64,000 nucleotides of DNA from an uncultured bacterium (lineage in GTDB: Bacteria > Eisenbacteria > RBG-16-71-46 > CAIMUX01 > WJJG01). Position 1 is the first letter of the stretch. Every line of letters begins with the position of its first letter. Of this stretch, positions 1-9,494 are shown piece after piece. The position numbers and the translations under genes are program-made. The DNA is taken from contig CAYZWI010000004.1 of NCBI GenBank assembly GCA_964482205.1, positions 67,913-131,912 on the forward strand. The letters are read 5' to 3'. Below the pieces are notes generated by a model. That model was not told where the DNA came from. It saw only the letters and a program-made list of their open reading frames with translations, and searched no databases.

Positions 1-549
1 CGTTGTTGCATGGCATCGTTGAACCGGCGCAACGAACGAAAGCCGGCCGTATACGCGATCTCGGTCATGGGCAGAGCGGATTCGACCACGAGCTTGCGCG
101 CGAAATCGAGGCGCATGGCGTCGGCGATCTGCTTGGGGGTGCGACCCAGCTCGCGCTCGAAGAGGCGGCGCAGATGGCGCGCGCTCATTCCGAAGGTCTG
201 GGCGAACTCCTCCTCGCGCAGCGGCGTGTCGCCCGCTCGCGAGGCAATCTGCCGAAGCGCGCGACGCACCACCGCGCTCGTTCCCACCCAGGCGGGGGAA
301 GCGGGCGCGCTTTCCGGCCGGCAACGCAGGCAAGGACGGTATCCCGCCCGTTCGGCGCTCGCCGCGCTCGCGAAGAATTCGACATTGTTCCGCTTCGGGC
401 GCGCGGGACAGATCGGCCGGCAATAGACGCCGGTCGTCTTCACGCCGACGAAGAACTTGCCGTCGAAGCGATAGTCCCGCGCGAGCACCGCGCGGTAGAA
501 GATGTCGTCGCGTCCCGGCATCGCATTTCCCTCGTGAACCGATCGCATC
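1..549 (-). CDS. adaA: Ada-like regulatory protein. It has an N-terminal Zn-binding methylphosphotriester-DNA methyltransferase domain followed by an AraC-type HTH. The C-terminus is cut by the window edge.
   Basis: Reverse translation from the ATG at 549 gives MRSVHEGNAMPGRDDIFYRAVLARDYRFDGKFFVGVKTTGVYCRPICPARPKRNNVEFF..RPCLRCRP, which is the classic Ada N-terminal Cys4 motif. It continues into an AraC HTH (FAQTFGMSARHLRRLFERELGRTPKQIADAMRLDFARKLV..). It is not in the ORF track because it runs off the window. Confidence 0.8.
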
Positions 550-783
550 CTAGCGAAGGCCTGCCTAGCTCACTAGCCATTTTCGGACAGGGTCGGCGGA
601 AGGCCTGCTTCTTGCGTCGGCGAGGACGCGGGCGGAAACTGCACGCATAGGCACGGAGTGCACGCCGCTGCACAAGGTCCGTGGCCGCCTGGGTGCGTTG
701 AGGTGGGGCTGTTGGCTGCATGGCGCGTGCGGTGCGGCCATACCGCCCGCTTTTCGGCCGAACCACTGCCTAGGAGACCAGCG

Positions 784-1236
784 ATGACGACTCGCGCTCA
801 GATCGATCGCTTTCTCTCTCTAAAGAAACTTGGGTTGGCGGGCGCTTCCCGATCGGGAAAGAAGTTCGGCAACGCGATTCTGAAAGATCTTCGCGCGCGC
901 GGTTATGACATTCGCCCGCTGCATCTCGAGGCGGACGAGCTTCAAGGACTGCGCTGCTATCGAACGCCGGCGGACCTGCCGGACGACACCGAAGGGCTGA
1001 TTCTCGTCGTGCCCCCTGCGCAGACCGAGCGCCTCGTGCGGCAGGCCGCGGAGAGCGGCATCCGCAACATCTGGATGCAACAGGGGGCTGAGTCGCACGA
1101 CGCGATCGAGTTCTGCCGGCAAAACGGCGTGGCGGAGGTTCACGGCGAGTGCATTCTCATGTTCGCCGAGCCCGTCGCCTGGTTTCACCGCGTGCATCGC
1201 GGGTTGTGGAGATGGCTCGGCAAGCTCCCCAAGTGA
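784..1236 (+). CDS. CoA-binding domain protein (YccU-like)
   Basis: MTTRAQIDRFLSLKKLGLAGASRSGKKFGNAILKDLRARGYDIRPLH..LILVVPPAQTERLVRQAAESGIRNIWMQ matches the CoA-binding fold (PF13380-like). I chose the internal ATG over the upstream start of the 658 ORF. Confidence 0.75.
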   Translation: MTTRAQIDRFLSLKKLGLAGASRSGKKFGNAILKDLRARGYDIRPLHLEADELQGLRCYRTPADLPDDTEGLILVVPPAQTERLVRQAAESGIRNIWMQQGAESHDAIEFCRQNGVAEVHGECILMFAEPVAWFHRVHRGLWRWLGKLPK

Positions 1237-1246
1237 GGGCTCTCCC

Positions 1247-1726
1247 ATGGAGGATCGCAAAGGCGAGCACCCGTGGGGCGACGCGGGACAACTCGTATTT
1301 CTCGGACTCTTTCTCGCCGTGTGGGCGCTCGATTCGTTCGTGTTGCACGCGACCACGGTTCTCGCGCACTCCGTCCCGCTCGCGTTGCGCTTGGCGGTCG
1401 CGTTCTTGCTCCTCGCCGGCTCCATCGTTCTCGTGCGCATGGGGCGGATCGCGGTCACGACCCCGATGCGTCCCGCGCGCGTGATCGACACCGGCGCCTT
1501 TCGATTCGCGCGTCATCCGCTCTATCTCTCGGGCCTACTCTTCTATCTCGCGCTTGCCGTGGCCACGCTTTCTTTGGCTTCCTTCGCCGTCGTCGCCGGA
1601 ATCTTCATCTTCTACGACTTCATCGCCTCGTTCGAGGAACGCGTGATGGAGCGCAAGTTCGGCGAGGCCTACCGCGCGTACCGCAAGCGCACTGGCAAGT
1701 GGGGGCCGCGGCTGCTTTCCCGATGA
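1247..1726 (+). CDS. Isoprenylcysteine carboxyl methyltransferase (ICMT)/phospholipid methyltransferase family membrane protein
   Basis: Multi-TM protein with the HPLYLSGLLFYLA motif and a C-terminal EERVMERKFGEAYRAYRKRT signature typical of ICMT/PEMT. Confidence 0.8.
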   Translation: MEDRKGEHPWGDAGQLVFLGLFLAVWALDSFVLHATTVLAHSVPLALRLAVAFLLLAGSIVLVRMGRIAVTTPMRPARVIDTGAFRFARHPLYLSGLLFYLALAVATLSLASFAVVAGIFIFYDFIASFEERVMERKFGEAYRAYRKRTGKWGPRLLSR

Positions 1727-1998
1727 CCCGCCGCGGCCCACGCGGGCAGAGGGAGCGCCTCCACGAGCGGCAAGTATGCGCAAGCCGGCCGTCCGCTCAG
1801 CCCGCGACAGCAGACGCCTCCCTATCGGCGGTGGCACAGCGCATTCCCGCGCTTGAAAAGCGCGCCCCTTCCCAGTCACAATCCTCGAGTTCCGCGCAAC
1901 ACGCATCGCAATCGCCGCGGGCGGTATGCCGCACGGCGAAGAACGGCGGGATCTTCCGAAGATGCGGAAGGCATCCACCTGATTTTCGCAGGAGCGCC

Positions 1999-4935
1999 AT
2001 GGTCCTCTTGCTGCTCGCATTCTTTCTCTCCGGGATTGCCGGCCTGGTCTACGAAATCGCCTGGATGCGTTCGCTCGAGCTCGTCTTCGGAGGCTCGACT
2101 CCCGCGGTCAGCACGGTGCTCGCCGCGTTCATGGGCGGTCTTGCGCTCGGCTCCGGGCTCCTCGGCCGCCGCTTCGATCGCGCGAAGCTTCGTCCTCTCA
2201 CTCTCTACGGCTACCTGGAAGCAGGCATCGCCGTCACCGCGCTCATCGTCCCGTTGGGGCTCGGCCTCTCCTCTTCGTTGTACCGGGCGAGCTATGGCGT
2301 GGACGGGCCTGGCTTCGGCGCAGGGATTCTTCGCTTCGCGCTCGTCTTCATCGTGCTCGTCATCCCGACCATGTTGATGGGCGCGACATTCCCCGTGATC
2401 GTGCGCGCATACGACGAAGAGCGCCGCGAACGCGTATCCGCCCGCTCGATCGCCTGGCTCTACGGACTGAACACGCTGGGCGCCGTGATCGGGGTGGGTC
2501 TCGCGGGCTTCGTGCTGCTGCGGCTCTTCGGCACGACGGTCGCGCTCGCCTGCGCGGCCGCGCTCAATCTTGCAGCCGCGGCGCTTGCCTTGCTGCTCTC
2601 TCGCGCGCGCCGCGACCGGCAGGCGGTATCGTCATCCGCTGCGCGCTCGCCCGCTGCATCGGCGCCGTCGTCATCCGCTGCGCGCTCGCCTATCGCATCG
2701 GCGCCATCGCCATCCGCCACCCGCTCCCCCGTCGCATCGGCGTCTCCCGCGCATTCGACTCCGGCACCCGACCGCATCCCCGTGCGCGCCTATGTGGCCG
2801 CCGCGTTCCTGGCCGGGTTCGCAGCCTTGGCGTGCGAAGTCGTCTGGTCGCGCGTCCTGAAGCTCGTGCTGGCCAGCAGCATCTTCTCTGTTTCCACGAT
2901 GCTCATGGCCTTCCTTTCCGGAATTGCGATCGGAAGCCTGGTCATCTCCGCGCGCAAACGGATTTCGCCTCGCGTCATCCCGCTGCTTCTGCTCGGTCTC
3001 GGCGCCGCGATGGCGATCGCGATTCCGCTCATCTTCGAAAGCTCGCGGCTCTTCAGCGGAATCTCGCGCGTCGTCGCAGGCGGACGCGCGCAGACTTGGG
3101 GAGCGATCCTGAGCGCGCGCTTCCTGCTCGCGGCCGCGATCATGTTCGTGCCTGCAGCGTTGTCGGGTGCGCTCTTTCCCTGTCTCGTCCATCGCGTCGC
3201 AGAGGCCCGTCGAGACTCGCGCGCCATCGGCGCTCCGGTGGGACTCGTGTATGCGAGCAATACGGTCGGCGGAGTGCTGGGAAGCCTGGGCGCGGGATTT
3301 GTCCTCATTCCCCTTCTCGGAACGCAAGGCACCGTGTTGCTGGCCGCGGCTCTTCTCATTCTGATGGCCGCCTACCTGCTTCATCGCGCGCACGCTCCTC
3401 GCGAAGCGCCGGTCTCGTATGCGCTGCTCGTCGCCGCGGCGATCGTCTGCGTCGTCGCGGGAGTTGCGCGCGGAGGCGATCACTTCCTGGGGAAATTGAG
3501 CAAGGGCCCCGACACGCGCACTCTGCGCTACGAAGAAGGCGTAGGCGCGACCGTCATCGTGGTGCAACAGGGAGCGCAGGGAGAGCTGTGCCTCTACACG
3601 AACGGCACCTTCGCCGTCGACACTTCGCCCGAAAGCCAGCAGGCGGTCGCATTCCTGGGACATGTGCCCGCCTTGTTCGACGAGCGCGCCATCGCGGGCG
3701 GGGCGAGCAGCGCAGCCAGCATTCCCCCATCCCCTGGTCCCGCGCGAGGCGCGACCAGCGCGCCTTCGGCGCTCGTGATCGGCTTCGGGATGGGCTGCAC
3801 GCTCGCCGCGGTCGCCTCTCACGATTACGCCGACATCACCTGCGTGGAGATCGTCCCGGGCGTGATCGATGCCGCTCCCATGTTCGCCGAGTACAACAGC
3901 GAGGTGTACCGCGACCCGCGCGTGCGTTTCGTCGTGGAGGATGGGCGCAGCTACCTCGCCGGCAGCGGACGGACCTTCGATCTCATCACCTGCGATCCGA
4001 TCCATCCCGCCTTCGGCAGCCCGGCCTTGTACACGCGCGAATACTTCGAGCTTTGCCGCGCGCATCTCTCGCCCGATGGCGTGATCGCGCAGTACTTGCC
4101 CTTGCATCAGCTCGCGCCCGAAGACTTCCGCCTGCTGCTGCGCACTGTTGCGAGCGTCTTCCCCCACTGCGCGGTCTTTCTCGCGGTCTCGCACGGAGTG
4201 ATCATCGGAAGCCCGGCGCCTCTGGCTCTCGATCTCGCCGCGCTCGAACGCATCTTCTCCGCAGCGAGCGACGCCGAGGCGGCCAGGCGCGGCCCCGTCG
4301 CCGGCGAGCTTCTCGCACGAGCGGGCATTGCCTCTTCCCCGAAACTCCTCTCCTGCCTTGCGCTCGATTCACGCGGAGTCGCGGCGCTCGCGGGATCGGG
4401 CCCGTTGAACACCGATGACCATCCCGTGCTCGAATTCTCCGAGAGCCGCTCGTACGGGAAGGACACGCGCTCTGCGAATCTCGCCGCGCTTCTGGCGATC
4501 GAACCCGATCCCGTGTCGCTGCTGGCTTCGCAGGCCGTACCCCCCGACGCAGACTTCTCCAGCGCGCTCGGCCGAGCGGTGCAAGGACGGCGTCACTTGC
4601 TCGGGAGCTTGTTTGCCCATGGGCGCGGAGACGATGGGAAGGCGCTGGAGGAGATCCGTCTTGCCGATCAAGCCTGGCCGGACGATCCCGACATCGTCGG
4701 GCTCGGCGGAGATGCGCTGGGATACGCCTACTTCGTCTACGCTCAGCGGCTATTCGACAGTTGGCGCAAGGTTGCACCGGGACAGGCCGCTTCCGCCGCC
4801 GCGGCCGAAAGCGACAAGCTCGATGCCGCCGAAGCCGCCCTCGTTCGGGCGCGCACGATTCTTCCCACGAATGCCGAGGTGGCGGCGCTTTGGAGGGCGA
4901 TTCAAGCGGGCAAGGGCGAACCTCAACTGCAATAG
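1999..4935 (+). CDS. Spermidine-synthase-like fusion protein. It has an N-terminal polytopic membrane domain, an Ala/Ser/Pro-rich repeat linker, a spermidine synthase (PABS) fold and C-terminal TPR-like repeats.
   Basis: The in-frame ATG at 1999 (MVLLLLAFFLSGIAGLVYEIAWMRSL..) is the start of the real protein. The upstream part of the 1273 ORF is spurious. VIGFGMGCTLAAV..ITCVEIVPGVID..DLITCDPIHP..YTREYF matches the PABS fold. Confidence 0.75.
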   Translation: MVLLLLAFFLSGIAGLVYEIAWMRSLELVFGGSTPAVSTVLAAFMGGLALGSGLLGRRFDRAKLRPLTLYGYLEAGIAVTALIVPLGLGLSSSLYRASYGVDGPGFGAGILRFALVFIVLVIPTMLMGATFPVIVRAYDEERRERVSARSIAWLYGLNTLGAVIGVGLAGFVLLRLFGTTVALACAAALNLAAAALALLLSRARRDRQAVSSSAARSPAASAPSSSAARSPIASAPSPSATRSPVASASPAHSTPAPDRIPVRAYVAAAFLAGFAALACEVVWSRVLKLVLASSIFSVSTMLMAFLSGIAIGSLVISARKRISPRVIPLLLLGLGAAMAIAIPLIFESSRLFSGISRVVAGGRAQTWGAILSARFLLAAAIMFVPAALSGALFPCLVHRVAEARRDSRAIGAPVGLVYASNTVGGVLGSLGAGFVLIPLLGTQGTVLLAAALLILMAAYLLHRAHAPREAPVSYALLVAAAIVCVVAGVARGGDHFLGKLSKGPDTRTLRYEEGVGATVIVVQQGAQGELCLYTNGTFAVDTSPESQQAVAFLGHVPALFDERAIAGGASSAASIPPSPGPARGATSAPSALVIGFGMGCTLAAVASHDYADITCVEIVPGVIDAAPMFAEYNSEVYRDPRVRFVVEDGRSYLAGSGRTFDLITCDPIHPAFGSPALYTREYFELCRAHLSPDGVIAQYLPLHQLAPEDFRLLLRTVASVFPHCAVFLAVSHGVIIGSPAPLALDLAALERIFSAASDAEAARRGPVAGELLARAGIASSPKLLSCLALDSRGVAALAGSGPLNTDDHPVLEFSESRSYGKDTRSANLAALLAIEPDPVSLLASQAVPPDADFSSALGRAVQGRRHLLGSLFAHGRGDDGKALEEIRLADQAWPDDPDIVGLGGDALGYAYFVYAQRLFDSWRKVAPGQAASAAAAESDKLDAAEAALVRARTILPTNAEVAALWRAIQAGKGEPQLQ
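2634..2711 (+). repeat. Direct tandem duplication of about 39 bp inside the spermidine-synthase-like gene. It encodes SSAARSPAASAPS/SSAARSPIASAPS in the low-complexity linker.
   Basis: atccgctgcgcgctcgcccgctgcatcggcgccgtcgtc is followed directly by a near-identical copy. Confidence 0.7.
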
Positions 4936-5046
4936 TCTCGCTGACTCGGATCGTGCCGGCTTGCTATACTTGATTCGCGCAGCGGACTCAGAGATCGCCG
5001 GCCGTACCATTGCCGAATCGATTGCCCGTCCGGACGGGAGGTTGCG

Positions 5047-7248
5047 ATGTTCGCCCTCGGCTGCACGCACGGGATTTCCTGTCCCGTGCCGGCCCTTCGC
5101 AGGCCACTTCTATTTTTGTTGTCGAGCCTGGCTTTCTTTCTGCTGATGCCGGGCCTCTCCATGGTCGACGCGCTATCCCAAGATTGCATCGATTATCAGG
5201 AGTATCTCCACGAGATCGGCTGCTATCCGACGCGCTTCGACCGGCACGTCTGCGATGTCGCCGTCTCGGGCTCGTTCGCGTATGCCGTTGTCAGATTCCG
5301 TGACCTGCGCGTGTTGGATATCTCCGATCCTTCGAATCCTGTTTTGAAGGGAACTTGCGCATGCTCCGGCTATCAAGCCGCCGTGCTCGGCTCTGAGGTC
5401 GTGATCAACTCCGGCAACGGATTGCGAATCGTCGACGCGGCCAATCCCTCCTGCCCGATCGTTGTTGGAACCCTCGTTGTCCCAACGTTCACCGATGACC
5501 TGGCCGTCTCGGATGGTCATGCCTTCTTGGCCGAAAGAGACTCCGGTCTCGTGGTCGTCGATCTCGCAGATCCGGCCGCTCCGGCCATCGTCGCGACCTA
5601 CGACGCTCTCGGCCAGGCGCGGGGAGTGGCCGTGAGGGACGGATATGCCTACGTCACGGCCGATTCGCACCTGCATGTCCTCGATGCGACCGATCCGTCG
5701 AACCTTCAGTGGATCGGCAGCGCGGATTTGCCGGGTTCAGCCGGGGCGGTGGACGCTCTCGGCAGCCTGGCGGTCGCCATCGCCGACTCCATGCTCATCG
5801 TGGTCGATGTTTCCGATCCTCGAGCGCCTCAAGTGCGGAGCACATTCGCATGCGTCGCTCGGGATGTGGAGTTGTATGGCACCTGTGCTTGCATCGCGGG
5901 AGGTGGATACTCGAGCCCCAACGACTTGAGCGTGATCGATCTGTCCGATCCAGCGAATCCGCGGCTCCTCGCGCGCGCCGATCCCGATGACGGTCTCGGG
6001 CAGGGTCTCGGCCTGGCCGCATCGGCCGGTCTTGCCTATGTCGCAGTCGCGGGAGATGAAATGCCGCCGGATTGGAACGGCCTCCGAGTCTTCTCGCTCG
6101 GCAATCTGCGCGCTCCCCAGAGCGTGGGGCGGATGCCCAGATCCTATGATGCCATTGTGGTCTCCGGTTCTTGCGCCTTTGGGGCATTCGGTCGCGAAGT
6201 GGATGCGATCGACATTTCCGACCCGGAACATCCGGCACTCATGGATCGGATCTCTGTGCCCGGGTATTTGTGCGATCTCGCGATCGAAGGTTCCTGCGCG
6301 TATGGATCGACCTCGTTGTATGAGGCCGGATTGCAGGCCATCGACATCACCGATCCAAGCGACCTGCGGCTGGCCGGCAGCCTGTTGATTCCCGACTACA
6401 TCCATTCCGTGGCCGTGTGGGCAGGGTTCGCCTATGTCACCGGCGACACAGGGCTCTATGTGGTCGACATCGCCAATCCGGCGGAGATGGCCATCGTCGG
6501 TGGAATCGCCCACCCCTGTAGAGATGTCGTGGTCCACGATGGGCTGCTCTACGCCGCGATGCTGGGTGGTCTGCGAGTGATCGACATCACCGATCCTTCT
6601 AGCCTATGGATCATGAGCGGCCTGGACAGCATCGCAGATACATACCACCTGGCAATTCGCGATCATTATGCCTATGTGGCCGGCGCCGCATTGCAGATCA
6701 TCGACATTCAAGATCACGCCGACCTCCGGCTCCTCGGAAGCGTCCATCCCAGTGCCTCGCACAATGTCGCGCTGCACAGCTCGTGCGCATACCTGTCCAG
6801 CGAATACGCCGGGCTTGCGGTCGTCGACATCTCCAATCCCGAAATGCCCGTTCTCCTCGGAGGGGCAGCAGACTTCTGGCCGTCGGGGATTGCCGTTTCG
6901 AACACGCACCTTCTGGCCGGCGATCGCGTCATGCCTCTTCAATGCGCATCCCCGGCGTCGATCGTGGAGCATCCGCTCCTCAGCACGCATCCCATCCCCG
7001 GTTTCGGCTTCCGCCGCGCCGGGCTGCACCTGGAGCTGCCCGCCGCAGGTCGCGTCCGCGTGACGGTGCATGATGTTGCCGGCCGCCTGGTGCGCATTCT
7101 TATCGACGATCATCGCGCGGTGGGAAAGCTCGACCTCGAATGGGACGGGCGTGACGACCACGGAAGCCCGGTCGGCGCGGGAGTCTATCTGATCCACAGC
7201 CGGGCCGGGGGCAAGGTGGCAGCCGGACGGGTGGTGATCATCCGATAA
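5047..7248 (+). CDS. Secreted LVIVD-repeat beta-propeller protein with a C-terminal FlgD-Ig-like/T9SS-type sorting domain
   Basis: Many repeats of the form LRVLDISDPSNP, LVVVDLADPAAP, LHVLDATDPSNL, LIVVDVSDPRAP (LVIVD, PF08309). The C-terminus is GRVRVTVHDVAGRLVRILIDD..GAGVYLIHSRAGGKVAAGRVVIIR. There is an N-terminal signal peptide, and the exact start is uncertain. Confidence 0.8.
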   Translation: MFALGCTHGISCPVPALRRPLLFLLSSLAFFLLMPGLSMVDALSQDCIDYQEYLHEIGCYPTRFDRHVCDVAVSGSFAYAVVRFRDLRVLDISDPSNPVLKGTCACSGYQAAVLGSEVVINSGNGLRIVDAANPSCPIVVGTLVVPTFTDDLAVSDGHAFLAERDSGLVVVDLADPAAPAIVATYDALGQARGVAVRDGYAYVTADSHLHVLDATDPSNLQWIGSADLPGSAGAVDALGSLAVAIADSMLIVVDVSDPRAPQVRSTFACVARDVELYGTCACIAGGGYSSPNDLSVIDLSDPANPRLLARADPDDGLGQGLGLAASAGLAYVAVAGDEMPPDWNGLRVFSLGNLRAPQSVGRMPRSYDAIVVSGSCAFGAFGREVDAIDISDPEHPALMDRISVPGYLCDLAIEGSCAYGSTSLYEAGLQAIDITDPSDLRLAGSLLIPDYIHSVAVWAGFAYVTGDTGLYVVDIANPAEMAIVGGIAHPCRDVVVHDGLLYAAMLGGLRVIDITDPSSLWIMSGLDSIADTYHLAIRDHYAYVAGAALQIIDIQDHADLRLLGSVHPSASHNVALHSSCAYLSSEYAGLAVVDISNPEMPVLLGGAADFWPSGIAVSNTHLLAGDRVMPLQCASPASIVEHPLLSTHPIPGFGFRRAGLHLELPAAGRVRVTVHDVAGRLVRILIDDHRAVGKLDLEWDGRDDHGSPVGAGVYLIHSRAGGKVAAGRVVIIR

Positions 7249-7352
7249 GCAGATACAGGAGGCGGCCAAGACAGCCCGAGAGCCCGGATCGCAGCGCTTC
7301 GCGATCGGCCGACGGGCTCGCGCCGTTACCAAGAAGCTCCACCATCAACGCT

Positions 7353-8531
7353 TCACCCTGCGATCAGCGCTCGCATGATCTCGCGCGCCCACTCCGCGTC
7401 GATCGCTCCGGAAGCGAGCACGATCTCGCTTTCCTGCAAGAGCAGCAGCAGAGGCCCTTGATACTTGAGATCCGCGCGGATTCCTTGCGCGTCATCGATG
7501 GCAAGCTCTTCCGGCGCGCGCACGCTCCGGTTCTCGATTTCCCGGCGTGCCTTCGCAAATATGTCGGCAGCCGACGTCGGATCGGCGAGGCGAGCGAGAT
7601 ACAGCGTCAGCGCACCACCTTCGCCGCTGTACTGCGCGAAGAAGGCGGCGGGCATGGCGGAGAGGCCGAGAATCGACTTCGGAACGAAACCATGTTCCTT
7701 CGGCGCGACAGGTTCGTGGGGAAAGCGCGCGAGCTCCGCGGGAAACGCGCTGCCGGAAAGCGGACGATCGGCGATCGCGTGCGCGAGCAGAAGCAGGGCG
7801 GCCGCATTGTCATCGTTCTCGGGATAGGCGCGCAGCTTGATGTAGAAGCGATCACCGAAGAGCAGCACTTCTCCACTGGTCTGCACACCTTGCGCGCCGA
7901 TCGTGAGCACTTTCGCATCGGCGGGACGCTCGAGCGCATACAGGCCGAAGCTGCCGCGTAGCTCGCTCGTCTCATACACCTCTACCACGATCTCGGGCGA
8001 TTCGGCGCTCCCCTGCGAGGCCGCATCGGCGGCATCGGAGGATGACGCCTGGGACCTTGCGAATTCATCAGCGACTGCCGAATCTTCCTTCGTCGACCGG
8101 CCATAGTATCCGACCGCCAACGCCAGGCATCCGTAGTCGATGTATTGCTCAGCCGCGCCGTCAATCTGGCGCCACATTTCGTCCGTGGGGAAGACCGCAG
8201 GCTCTTCCTTGAGGCGCCATCCAGGTATCGCTTCGCCTCGCGGCAGGAGGCGATCGGGAGCGGGGGTTTCGCTCGGTGCTCGCTGGGCAGAGGCGGCCTC
8301 GCTCGCTGCACGCTGAGTGGCGCTGCCCCCGTTCGTTGCGTGCTGGGCAGCGGCGGCTTCGCTCGCTGCCGGTGCAGGTGTCGCCGTTTGCGTCGGCGCG
8401 CCATTTGCAGGGCTCGCTAGCAACCCGCATACCAAGAAACCGGCCAGTCGGATGCTATAGCAAGCCCGGCGCCACCCAAGGAAGCGGGCGCTGCGCAGCA
8501 AATGCGTTGGCGGCTCGCGCAGGAACATCAT
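7353..8531 (-). CDS. Hypothetical secreted protein with an Ala-rich repeat N-terminal region
   Basis: Signal peptide RLAGFLVCGLLASPANGA. I found no family match. Start taken at MMFLREP. Confidence 0.5.
   Translation of the reverse strand: MMFLREPPTHLLRSARFLGWRRACYSIRLAGFLVCGLLASPANGAPTQTATPAPAASEAAAAQHATNGGSATQRAASEAASAQRAPSETPAPDRLLPRGEAIPGWRLKEEPAVFPTDEMWRQIDGAAEQYIDYGCLALAVGYYGRSTKEDSAVADEFARSQASSSDAADAASQGSAESPEIVVEVYETSELRGSFGLYALERPADAKVLTIGAQGVQTSGEVLLFGDRFYIKLRAYPENDDNAAALLLLAHAIADRPLSGSAFPAELARFPHEPVAPKEHGFVPKSILGLSAMPAAFFAQYSGEGGALTLYLARLADPTSAADIFAKARREIENRSVRAPEELAIDDAQGIRADLKYQGPLLLLLQESEIVLASGAIDAEWAREIMRALIAG
8270..8400 (-). repeat. Imperfect tandem DNA repeats encoding the Ala-rich motif A(S/A)EAA(S/A)AQ(R/H)A in the hypothetical protein
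   Basis: Recurrent gctcgctg..ggc(a/g)g(a/c)ggcggc..cgctcgctgc units across the stretch. Confidence 0.5.
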
Positions 8532-9460
8532 TCCCCGCTCGCCTTCCTTCCCGCGCCCGACGCGAGCAGGTACTCGTCCACCTGATCCATCATGTTCAGG
8601 CTCGGGATCATGCAATCCATGCCCGAGGTCTGCAGGCCCCAGCGCAAGGCTGCGATGTGGAAGGGATACTGGCCCGAGGTGAATTCCGGCAATTCGACTT
8701 TGCGCGCCGAGGTGATGACCTTCATCGCGACCAACCCGATGCCCTTTTCGCGTGCCTTGGCCAGCATCGCGGGCAGGCCCGGATCGGCGACGGGATCGTA
8801 CGCGCAGAGAATCGCATCAACCTTGCCCGCATCGATGAGCGGGGTCAGCTCTCCGGAAATGTTCGGCCCATGATGCGAGACGCCGCAAAAATGGATCTTG
8901 CCGCTCTTCTTCAAGCTGTCGAAGGCCGCGAAGACCGCCTCGTTGTGCAGCGCTTCGCTCGAACCTCCGTGCACCATGAGAATGTCCACATAGTTCGTCT
9001 GCAGTCGCTCCAGGCAGCCATCGAGCTGCCTGAACATGTCTTCCATGGTCGTCCGCTCGTTCATCTCGAACTTGGTGCAGATGATCATCTCGCTTCGGCG
9101 ACGGGCCGCCACCTGGCCGATCGCGCTCTCGCTCTTGTTGCGCCCGTAGGATTCCGCGGTGTCGAAATAGTTGATGCCGCGGTCGAGCGCGTATTCGATC
9201 ACGGCCGGATCGGAGATGTTGCCGCCTCCGAAGCTGATATCGGACACCTGGAGCCCGGTGCGGCCGAGCGGGTTGTATTGGCGCACGCGCGGTTGGTCAT
9301 CCACCGGAATGGGATTCATCTGCGACTGCGCGCTCGCGCAGTCGCTGTGGGAGACATTTGCGAACCAGACGGCTGAAGCCACGACGACGAGAATCGCGCC
9401 CCATGCCACCAGAGAGCCGTTGCCCAGGCGCGATGAAGGATTCGAACGCTTTTCCATCAC
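8528..9460 (-). CDS. Aldo/keto reductase family oxidoreductase with an N-terminal signal anchor
   Basis: GINYFDTAESYG, YVDILMVHG and GKIHFCGVSHH motifs. It shows the AKR (alpha/beta)8-barrel signature. Confidence 0.8.
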   Translation of the reverse strand: MMEKRSNPSSRLGNGSLVAWGAILVVVASAVWFANVSHSDCASAQSQMNPIPVDDQPRVRQYNPLGRTGLQVSDISFGGGNISDPAVIEYALDRGINYFDTAESYGRNKSESAIGQVAARRRSEMIICTKFEMNERTTMEDMFRQLDGCLERLQTNYVDILMVHGGSSEALHNEAVFAAFDSLKKSGKIHFCGVSHHGPNISGELTPLIDAGKVDAILCAYDPVADPGLPAMLAKAREKGIGLVAMKVITSARKVELPEFTSGQYPFHIAALRWGLQTSGMDCMIPSLNMMDQVDEYLLASGAGRKASGE

Positions 9461-9494
9461 TTCTTCACTCCTCCCGTTTCGTACGCGCGCGCTT

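Noticed and set aside
3-650. 215 aa plus-strand ORF at the window start
   Set aside because: It is antisense to the clearly recognisable Ada-like gene. It is an Arg/Ala-rich high-GC artefact.
1273-1998. The N-terminal 242 aa of the 1220 aa ORF
   Set aside because: It overlaps the ICMT gene in another frame and is Arg-rich junk. The real protein starts at the Met at 1999.
2671-4418. Long ORFs 2671-4194 (minus) and 2832-4418 (plus) inside the spermidine-synthase-like gene
   Set aside because: Alternate-frame and antisense ORFs typical of about 70% GC DNA. Their Arg-rich, low-complexity translations have no domain signatures.
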